Source: Oculina patagonica
Taxonomy: Eukaryota
DNA length: 64,000 bases
Assembly (NCBI RefSeq): GCF_052425735.1
Contig: NC_135759.1
Coordinates: 1,860,001-1,924,000 of the forward strand
Direction of reading: 5' to 3'
The notes beneath the pieces were generated by a model. It saw only the letters and a program-made list of their open reading frames with translations, did not search any database and was not told the origin of the DNA. Shown here piece by piece: positions 49,626 to 57,470 of the stretch (position 1 is its first letter; each line of letters opens with the position of its first letter). The translations under genes and the position numbers were made by a program.

Positions 49626-51764
49626 TTATTCAAAGAATACATCGTATGTTTTATCTAAAAATTGAATTTTATGATAGATGGGCCCATTTATCGGGTATGT
49701 ATTTTTACTAAAACCGATTCTTTGTACAAAGTAATCTGAAGAAATTTTAATGCTAGATGTATTGATATTAAACCCAGAAAATGTTTGATCAATACTCATA
49801 ACATTATTGCAAACAGCGATTCTAAATTGATCCTGTATCTTTGTATACCAGAGATTCATATATTTACCTATATAACCATCTCTAATTTGCTCTGTATATG
49901 AATCTAGATCATAATCGAGGAATAGCTTATTATGCTCCACTTTAACCCACGGAAAACTAAAGCTATCACCATCGATAAATTCAATTTTAATCCTTTTATT
50001 ATCACTGGGCTTATAGTCATATTTAAATGCCATATATATAGTCCAGTCATTGGATTCAGTGATATTTTCATTTAAATTAATTTCAAAATCATTCATAAAC
50101 CCCATATTTGGATTAAAATCGTCTAACATTTTGGTGTTATTAAATACGAGATTACCAATTAATCCAGAAACAACAGCTCCGTTGCTATCTGACATTATGA
50201 ATTTAGAGGCATCCGTTAGATCGAAATAGTACTCAAATATTTCACTATAAAAACTCTTGGACTGTAATAATTTAATCTGATTTTCAAGAGTTGTTTTGAG
50301 AATATTGATTTGACTTACCAACTGTTTATAATTAACAGCTTGATCATCGGTAGTACCTTCTGCAATACCATGAATGGCTTGTGTTTTCATATCAATTGAT
50401 GCATTGAAAGCTATTCTATCATTTTCAACATAATATAGCTGATCGTATATACTGGGTTCAACATTACTTTCATAATTCTTAATCCCATATATTATAATAT
50501 AAGTTTGCAGTTTTGGTACATACAAGTGTCCTGACTTCATTTTTAAAACGATATCGACATAGAGATAGTTGTTGTTATGTTGTTGATACTTATGAACTTG
50601 AGCTATTGTTCGACTATAACCGTTATAAACTCGTGTAGTTACTTTATTAACAGTATCAATCAATGACACAACACTGATATCAACACTATTCTCATTTATT
50701 TCAACTGGAAAATAGAGTTCAAATGCCATTGTATAATAATTAATTGGTATAGGGTACATGTTGATACCTAATCTGCTTGAGTAGTAATTTTTCGAACTAT
50801 CGAGAAGTAATTTTGTATCTATTACCTTTTTATTGATTTGATGAAGAGGATTTGGATGATGAATTAAATCTCCAAGCTCGATATCATTCTCTTCACTAAG
50901 TTGATTATCACTGTCAATCATTATATTATTGAAAACGTTTCCTTTATCAATAGAGGTAATATGTGAAATGTCAACATACAATTTATTTACACCATCGGTT
51001 CCATATATTGGTTTGCTTAGATTTGTTATGCGATTATCGTTCATATGGAGATTTGCCTGCATCATGTTACTACCGTGAATATTTAGCCTATTTTGTATGC
51101 TCTGAGCTAAGCCATTACCAACGGATTTAGTTAGAAAAGTACTGTCCACATATACCTTCGAAGCCTTACTCTGAATACTGCTGGCTAAAATAGCACCTGT
51201 TTTCTTCGTTAAATATGTATCATCAGCGTACGATTTGTCCGCTTTAAGCGCGTCTCTGGAGTCAATATATTCTTTATTCATTACGTTTGACATATTGCTG
51301 TATCCTTGATCGAAATTCGGAACATTTATTATGCTGTTAAACGTTTGTTCGTCGTTGGTACTTAGATCAGCTTTATCAGCGAGTTTGTTGTTGAGTTCTG
51401 CTTTGACTTTGTTGTCTTCCAACCTCACGTATTCCACATTTGGCAAAGATGTATCGTTATACAAACCGGGATAAAAGGGCTCACTATTGAATATATTACA
51501 CTGGCCCAAATCAAAGTCATTGCCCTTAGCGTCTTTAGTAAGACATTGACGTTTAACGTACCCCTTATTAACTCCAGACGAAAGATCAAGAGCATATGTA
51601 TCGAGATCAGCATCGATAGCTACATCAGCTTGTGTATTTAACCTGAATATCTTTTTGTTATCCATATCGAAATCAGCTCCCAGTTGTTTAAAACCAATTG
51701 CAGGTTTTGCACTTTGAAAATATTTGGTATGCATAAAATCATTTTCGTCATTAATGTACCCCAT
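49626..51764 (-). CDS. Putative trimeric fibre / receptor-binding protein (712 aa)
   Basis: Repeated DM...I..L...D.VN..Y/Q neck-like motifs (e.g. HMNDNRITNLSKPIYGTDGVNKLYVD, DMKTQAIHGIAEGTTDDQAVNYKQL), KADKSYAD/KASKVYVD repeats, a coiled coil and a beta-rich C-terminal domain. Confidence 0.65.
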   Translation of the reverse strand: MGYINDENDFMHTKYFQSAKPAIGFKQLGADFDMDNKKIFRLNTQADVAIDADLDTYALDLSSGVNKGYVKRQCLTKDAKGNDFDLGQCNIFNSEPFYPGLYNDTSLPNVEYVRLEDNKVKAELNNKLADKADLSTNDEQTFNSIINVPNFDQGYSNMSNVMNKEYIDSRDALKADKSYADDTYLTKKTGAILASSIQSKASKVYVDSTFLTKSVGNGLAQSIQNRLNIHGSNMMQANLHMNDNRITNLSKPIYGTDGVNKLYVDISHITSIDKGNVFNNIMIDSDNQLSEENDIELGDLIHHPNPLHQINKKVIDTKLLLDSSKNYYSSRLGINMYPIPINYYTMAFELYFPVEINENSVDISVVSLIDTVNKVTTRVYNGYSRTIAQVHKYQQHNNNYLYVDIVLKMKSGHLYVPKLQTYIIIYGIKNYESNVEPSIYDQLYYVENDRIAFNASIDMKTQAIHGIAEGTTDDQAVNYKQLVSQINILKTTLENQIKLLQSKSFYSEIFEYYFDLTDASKFIMSDSNGAVVSGLIGNLVFNNTKMLDDFNPNMGFMNDFEINLNENITESNDWTIYMAFKYDYKPSDNKRIKIEFIDGDSFSFPWVKVEHNKLFLDYDLDSYTEQIRDGYIGKYMNLWYTKIQDQFRIAVCNNVMSIDQTFSGFNINTSSIKISSDYFVQRIGFSKNTYPINGPIYHKIQFLDKTYDVFFE

Positions 51765-51783
51765 TTTCTGTTAATATGTTAGA

Positions 51784-52419
51784 TTAAATCTTCTCATCGA
51801 AATTTTTTGTTATGAATTTACGTGGTTTATCAATATATAAAAAGCTGAATGGGTCTTTAGTTGCTTGCTCGTATAGCTCTTTTGGAATACTGTTTTCACG
51901 GCATATCAGTGCCCTCTCATTAGCACTTTGGAATTCGTAAATACAGAAATGCGAACAGTTAAGTCTTATGTCTTTTTTCGTTTTAAAATAGCTTTGAGAC
52001 AAATATATCACGCTACAGTTTTTATGTCTCCCTTGTATAAAATAATCGATTAATGGTTTTTGATTTTTATCACAAACATAATCGTCAAATATCACGAGCT
52101 TTTGATTATCATCATTTAGTTTAGAAACAGGAATTATTTGGTCGTTACTAGCTTCAATAATGTTATAACCAGCTTCATCGCTTATTGGTTGGAACACATT
52201 GATAAGATTCTGGTATTTAGACTGGTCTAAATTTTTTGCATATAAATATATTTTATCGAAATATAATAAATTGTAAATCATATGCATTAAAGTATTAGTC
52301 TTTCCCATATTACTCGGAGCGCAAAGTAGCATACGAAAACATTGATTTGGCATGAAATCGTATACTTGTTTAAAGTTCGAGACTATATCGTCTTCAGTGT
52401 CATAATTTGGTATTTTCAT
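51784..52419 (-). CDS. A32/FtsK-HerA-type DNA packaging ATPase
   Basis: Walker A APSNMGKT, Walker B LVIFDD, and QGRHKNCSVIYLSQSYF (Arg finger / sensor Gln region). Confidence 0.93.
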   Translation of the reverse strand: MKIPNYDTEDDIVSNFKQVYDFMPNQCFRMLLCAPSNMGKTNTLMHMIYNLLYFDKIYLYAKNLDQSKYQNLINVFQPISDEAGYNIIEASNDQIIPVSKLNDDNQKLVIFDDYVCDKNQKPLIDYFIQGRHKNCSVIYLSQSYFKTKKDIRLNCSHFCIYEFQSANERALICRENSIPKELYEQATKDPFSFLYIDKPRKFITKNFDEKI

Positions 52420-52443
52420 ATTATATATATCAGTTATATAATA

Positions 52444-52531
52444 TGAAAGACGCCTGAAAGACTAATGAAAGACTGATGAAAGACTTCTGGAAGACTAATG
52501 AAAGACTGATGAAAGACTTCTGGAAGACCGA
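52444..52531. promoter_or_regulatory. 8 x 11-bp tandem array TG(A/G)AAGACNNN in the divergent intergenic region
   Basis: Units start at 52444, 52455, 52466, 52477, 52488, 52499, 52510 and 52521. A regulatory role is inferred from position only. Confidence 0.6.
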
Positions 52532-52556
52532 TAATAATCTACACTAATATATATAA

Positions 52557-53642
52557 ATGAGTCTATTAGCTTGGCAAAAAATTGCTGACCAAAAAGAAGA
52601 AGTTGAGAATCAAATCAAAAATATTAATAATCAAATAATGTCTTCAAAATTGCAAGATGAATTAGGACAAATCAAATTCATAAAAATGTTTAAACCAGTA
52701 ACATCTCGTCTCGACACACAAATTGAAGCAACTAAAAAGTTGGAAAATAAAGGGGTAAAAGAGGGTGATCCTCTTCCAGAATATCCAATTGAACCAGAAG
52801 ATGGGGGTGATGAAATGCCCGATTTTGAACCACCGCCACCAATTAATGAAACTCAAACAGAAGATGAAGATGAATATGAAATGCCCGATTTTGATCCACC
52901 GCCACCCATTGATGAAGCTCAAACAGAAGATGAAGATGAAATGCCCGATTTTGATCCACCACCATCAATAGAACGGAAGAGAAAAGAATGGTCACCTAAC
53001 TCTATCAATAAGAGTAAGCAAAAGGAATTAGATAATGAACGCAAATATCTAGCCGAAGAAAGACGCCGTGTCAATGTTTTGCTTGGGAAATTAAATAAGA
53101 GTGGAAAAAATTATGTTAAAACGGGAAAGTATCGTGGGCTAACATATGATGATCTATTAAAACAATCAGATAATTTTACAAAACAAATTAACAATATTGA
53201 AAACCAGTTGTTATTAACTAAGCAAAAAATACAACGTATGGAGTACAAACGGGTTCCCTTCACATCATTTGATTTACAAGAGAGTTCAAAGAAATTAAAA
53301 AAGACCCCAAAAAGTAAATCTAAAATAAAATCAAAGCCAACTATAGTCAAATCATTATTTGATAAGATAGATGCTATCAGGAAGGACACAGTGCCTGATT
53401 CTGATTCTGATAGAGAAGAAGAGTGGGAAGGTAGTGGACTAGCCCATAATTATAAGGCTATTTATTACAGAGACCCTGAAAAACTTATTGAAAAATTGGA
53501 TATAATTTGTGGAAGCATATCCGCTGGAAATACGAGTTATGAATTAAAAAACCAAGGTCTTACAATAATAGATGAACTGTTAAGAGTGAAAAGAATTACA
53601 AAGCGTCTATATGAAAAAATTTATAACAACTATTTTATCTAA
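52557..53642 (+). CDS. Polinton protein with three acidic/proline repeats (EMPDFxPPP) and a C-terminal AGN-type domain
   Basis: First ORF of the structural block; WEGSGL precedes YYRDPEKLIEKL...SAGNT...IIDELL. Confidence 0.75.
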   Translation: MSLLAWQKIADQKEEVENQIKNINNQIMSSKLQDELGQIKFIKMFKPVTSRLDTQIEATKKLENKGVKEGDPLPEYPIEPEDGGDEMPDFEPPPPINETQTEDEDEYEMPDFDPPPPIDEAQTEDEDEMPDFDPPPSIERKRKEWSPNSINKSKQKELDNERKYLAEERRRVNVLLGKLNKSGKNYVKTGKYRGLTYDDLLKQSDNFTKQINNIENQLLLTKQKIQRMEYKRVPFTSFDLQESSKKLKKTPKSKSKIKSKPTIVKSLFDKIDAIRKDTVPDSDSDREEEWEGSGLAHNYKAIYYRDPEKLIEKLDIICGSISAGNTSYELKNQGLTIIDELLRVKRITKRLYEKIYNNYFI

Positions 53643-53654
53643 ATTAAATATATA

Positions 53655-54422
53655 ATGGAGAAACATTTAATACTTAGTTCATTCAGGGCGAAAAGACAAG
53701 CAAATAATTATAACCAAAAAGCAAATGATTTCACTATTTATCTTGAACAGCCACCTTTTTTGGATCCAAATAAAAATTATGAAATGGCACTGGATGAGAT
53801 TATAACGATGACATATAGTTGGTACAATATCGCATCCTCATTCACTAATACTAAAATAAGATATCGAAAAACCGTTAGTAGTGATACAAGTTTTAAAAAT
53901 ATTGAATTTCCTAATGGAATGTATTCATATACAGACATTGATACTTTTTTAAAAAATACAACTGGTAAAGATGGTGATAATTATCCATTTTCAGTTACGT
54001 TTGATTTATCATTATTTAGAACAATAATAACCATAAAGCCAAATTATGAATTAGATCTATCTGTATCAGACTTTAATTTGATTCTGGGTTTTGAAAAGAA
54101 AATTTTAACTTCAGGGAGTAATATAAGTGACAAAATACCTGATTTAACAAGGAGCGTTGATATGATATGTATTCATTGCGATTTGACTAACAGATCCTTG
54201 ACAGATGAATCCAGAGATGTATTATTTTGTTTTAGTATCATAGCACAAGGCATTCGTAGATCATTCCCTTTCACTCTTCAACCAAGACGACTGAATTTTT
54301 CACCAATTAATAAAAATAGTATTGATTCAATCAGACTATATATAACCGATTCGTATAATCGTCCCATTGATTTAAATGAAATCGATACGGCGTTTCATAT
54401 CGTTATCAAAGAGGTGAATTAA
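53655..54422 (+). CDS. Minor capsid protein (penton, single jelly-roll)
   Basis: 255 aa, beta-rich; YEMAL, GMYS..DI, ILGF, IHCDL and ITD...RPIDLN motifs; lies upstream of the MCP. Confidence 0.8.
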   Translation: MEKHLILSSFRAKRQANNYNQKANDFTIYLEQPPFLDPNKNYEMALDEIITMTYSWYNIASSFTNTKIRYRKTVSSDTSFKNIEFPNGMYSYTDIDTFLKNTTGKDGDNYPFSVTFDLSLFRTIITIKPNYELDLSVSDFNLILGFEKKILTSGSNISDKIPDLTRSVDMICIHCDLTNRSLTDESRDVLFCFSIIAQGIRRSFPFTLQPRRLNFSPINKNSIDSIRLYITDSYNRPIDLNEIDTAFHIVIKEVN

Positions 54423-54441
54423 TCTAAACTAATAATATAAA

Positions 54442-54687
54442 ATGAATCGAGTATACGAATGGTCAAAATTTTATAACCCTAAAAAAGGTTTATATCAATA
54501 TCGCCATAAAGGATCAGGTTTAATAACTAATGATTTATCAAATATCGGACAATATTCTAAAAAAATGATAAAAGATATCAATAAATCACCAATAATCAAA
54601 GCACAAAAGAAAAGTTTAAAAACCGTGTTAAATAGAAGTGAAAAAGCTGGGGATCTTATTTTGAAACGATTAGCACAATTGAAGTAA
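54442..54687 (+). CDS. Small basic putative core protein
   Basis: 81 aa, Lys-rich, YRHKGSGL motif, own TCTA upstream box. Confidence 0.65.
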   Translation: MNRVYEWSKFYNPKKGLYQYRHKGSGLITNDLSNIGQYSKKMIKDINKSPIIKAQKKSLKTVLNRSEKAGDLILKRLAQLK

Positions 54688-54709
54688 ATTATCTAATCTA
54701 ATAATATAA

Positions 54710-55993
54710 ATGAGTTTCAGAAGCATAGAAAATGTTGAAAAAGTTGATTATCTCAGATTCAATCTGCAAACACCCATTATTCAGCCGGCAAATGGCTTAT
54801 ATCAGGAAAAAACAGGGTATATATTCAATATGACCGATCGCTCTTCATGGTTCGATTGGTATAACGGATACTTTATCGTCAAATACAAACTTCAAAAAAA
54901 GGCTGATGGTACAGCTATCGATGCCAATGCTCTACAAACACCTGTGCTAACGTCAACGATAAATGATAGTACAAGTATCATCAATCACATAATGATAACT
55001 TCAGGGGGTAAAAAGCCTTACGATAGTAATAGCCTGCATAAAATCTGTTTCATAAAAGGATTGCTTGAATTTTCTGATGACTATAGCCGTACAGTAGCTA
55101 CCAATTTCAATTGGTATCTCGACGATAGAGCTGTATTAGCGGGCGATTTAAGAACAGCCCCAAAAGTAGGAGCAATTAAAAGAGCTGAATTGTGTTCACA
55201 ATCAAAAGACGTATACGCAATCATTCCGTTAAATAGGTTTTCCATTTTTCAAGAACTACGAGATAAAATGATACCACCTATGCAAATCGAACTAAACATA
55301 ACACTAAATGATGATAGAGAATTTATTTACAGAGTTGGTGGTGCTGAAACACGATATGTGGTTCTAGATTTTCAGTTATGGTTACCACGTTTGAACTTTA
55401 CATCAGCAGGACAAAAATTAGTAAATAATACCTTTTTAAGGCCATCAAAATTTACATATTTAAGAGAGTTCATCAAGCATTCATCACCGACAACGTCAAT
55501 TTCCGGTATATATCAAATTACACCAGCTATTAAAAATGCAAAACATGTTTTTGTATATCTTCAGAGGAACAAGACTAATAATGAATTAGAAAACCCCTTT
55601 ATTTTTGATACTTTTAAAATAAATGCGGGTAATGATGCATGTAAACTTTCTACTTGTCGTTTGCAACTTGGTACTTCGTTTTTTACTCCGGAACTTGAGT
55701 ATGATTGTGATTTTAAACCAAGATTATATAATGACATTCAAGAATATGCATACAGAACCAACGACTACAATACAGGAACTCAGTTAAATTTACAAAATTA
55801 TTCTGAATTATTTCCTGTTATCTATTTCGATTTAAGAAATCATAAGGAATCGGTTACTGATGATCCAAAACAGTTATTGTTTCATTATCGATTAAATGTA
55901 CAAGCTACTGACAATTATATGATTTACGCTGTAGTTCTTTATGAGGAAAGTATCGTAGTTGATAAAATTGGGAATGAACTTATTTTTATGTAA
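54710..55993 (+). CDS. Major capsid protein (double jelly-roll)
   Basis: 427 aa, beta-rich; IPLNRFS.F, LWLPRL, HVFVYLQ, NPFIFD and IYFDL motifs; size and position typical of Polinton MCPs. Confidence 0.85.
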   Translation: MSFRSIENVEKVDYLRFNLQTPIIQPANGLYQEKTGYIFNMTDRSSWFDWYNGYFIVKYKLQKKADGTAIDANALQTPVLTSTINDSTSIINHIMITSGGKKPYDSNSLHKICFIKGLLEFSDDYSRTVATNFNWYLDDRAVLAGDLRTAPKVGAIKRAELCSQSKDVYAIIPLNRFSIFQELRDKMIPPMQIELNITLNDDREFIYRVGGAETRYVVLDFQLWLPRLNFTSAGQKLVNNTFLRPSKFTYLREFIKHSSPTTSISGIYQITPAIKNAKHVFVYLQRNKTNNELENPFIFDTFKINAGNDACKLSTCRLQLGTSFFTPELEYDCDFKPRLYNDIQEYAYRTNDYNTGTQLNLQNYSELFPVIYFDLRNHKESVTDDPKQLLFHYRLNVQATDNYMIYAVVLYEESIVVDKIGNELIFM

Positions 55994-56029
55994 TATTTAA
56001 TCTAACACTATTATATATAGAGCAAGACT

Positions 56030-56533
56030 ATGAGCACAAAATATATTTCAACATATATTCCTCTAACAGAAGGCCAAATAAAAAAGCTAGCCAGAGCAAT
56101 CAAAAATTCAAGTGAAATCAGTTTATTAATTAACAAGAATCAGATCAAAAAGAAGGGTAATACTGAGTTATACCTTACAGAAAGACAAATAACACGTCAT
56201 AATAAAGTAAAAAGTGAGGGAAAAGGCATTACATTGAGTTTATCTAAAGCACAAATAAGTAAAATGCGAAAGGTGATTGGAAAAGGAATTCAAGTCACTC
56301 CTGATAATCAAGGAGGGACAGGAATGCAAATAGAATACCCTTATTATTCACCACAAATCATTAGGAAACAAAGATCAAAAAACGGTGGCAAAATTAAACT
56401 ACCAAATAAGAGAGATGCATTATCTTACAGACCGCCACCATTCATCGGTTCTTGGGGTGAATATGATAAATTTCTTAGAACAGGTGGATTGGTGCTTCCA
56501 AAAAAAAAGATCTTGAAATCAAAAAAAAAGTAA
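56030..56533 (+). CDS. Basic putative core protein immediately upstream of the protease
   Basis: LTEGQI/LTERQI/LSKAQI repeats, several GxG/GG sites, RPPPFIGSW and a poly-Lys end. Confidence 0.7.
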   Translation: MSTKYISTYIPLTEGQIKKLARAIKNSSEISLLINKNQIKKKGNTELYLTERQITRHNKVKSEGKGITLSLSKAQISKMRKVIGKGIQVTPDNQGGTGMQIEYPYYSPQIIRKQRSKNGGKIKLPNKRDALSYRPPPFIGSWGEYDKFLRTGGLVLPKKKILKSKKK

Positions 56534-56996
56534 AAAAACCTACATTTATCAAAAAAGCTCTAAGTAACAATGATCTAATGAGATGGTGTAAGTATTTAAA
56601 TATTAATATCACAGGGATATATAGCAGAGATGAGCACACGCCCAAAAAGCATAGCCCATGCATTATTAATTTAGACACCTATGAAAGTGTTGGTACCCAC
56701 TGGACTTGTTGTGTTCCAAGTGTTAAAAAAGACATATTGTGGTACTTTGATAGCTTTGGAATGCCATACCCAAATGAATTTAAAATGAGAGCTGAGAAAG
56801 ATGGATAAAACAAGTTTTGTATAATAACACACAATATCAGAATATCAAATCAGTACTTTGTGGCTATTATTGTATTTATTTCTTGCATCAAGCATTGGTT
56901 TATGATAGAGAGTATCATGATATATTAATGCAATTATCAATGACTGACACAATGTACAATGAACGTTTTATAAGCAATTATTTCAAAAATATGTAA
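56521..56996 (+). pseudogene. Adenain-type cysteine maturation protease with a 1-bp frameshift near 56805
   Basis: ALSNNDL..W, IINLD...GTHW (catalytic His) and YFDSFG (Asp) in one frame; QYQNIKSVLCGYYC (Gln, catalytic Cys) continues in the -1 frame to TAA at 56994-56996. Confidence 0.85.
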
Positions 56997-57007
56997 TCAT
57001 ATTATAT

Positions 57008-57448
57008 ATGAAATCGTATTGTGTGAAACAAAGAAAAATAACAAATTGCGTACCTAATTCTGAACAATATGTAAAATCAAAGAACGGAAGACTTATGTTG
57101 CGTTGCGTTTGCTTAGAATGCAAAATCATTAAAACCAAATTTGTCAGTGAGAAAAAAGGACGAGGAGTTGGACAAACCATTAACAAAAAGATTGGTGATA
57201 AAATTCCAGGGTTTCAACAGGCTCAAGACATGGCGTCGGCTATCATGGCAGTTACGGGAGCTGATAAAGATCTATTTAAAAAATATTGGCGCGGTGACTT
57301 TGCTAAAGGTATATTTAATAAAAAAAGCGGGATTCAGACATCTAATTTTTGGAAGCCCGCTGGAGCATATAAAAATGAAAATCTCGACCCAAAATGCAAT
57401 TTCAGTGAGTATAAAAATGGAAAATGGATAAATCATTATTGCGATTAA
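57008..57448 (+). CDS. Protein with an N-terminal DUF5679-like zinc ribbon
   Basis: YCVKQR..T...KSKNGRLM....C..C...K.KFV, paralogous to the N-terminus of 57471; KKGRGV follows. Confidence 0.7.
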   Translation: MKSYCVKQRKITNCVPNSEQYVKSKNGRLMLRCVCLECKIIKTKFVSEKKGRGVGQTINKKIGDKIPGFQQAQDMASAIMAVTGADKDLFKKYWRGDFAKGIFNKKSGIQTSNFWKPAGAYKNENLDPKCNFSEYKNGKWINHYCD

Positions 57449-57470
57449 ATATCTAATCAATATATATATA

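Noticed and set aside
52444-52531. CRISPR-like array (also considered for the TIR repeats at 42374-42500 and the GCAACTTTT repeats at 39270-39830)
   Set aside because: Units are 9-12 bp with no unique spacers, there are no cas genes, and the context is eukaryotic.
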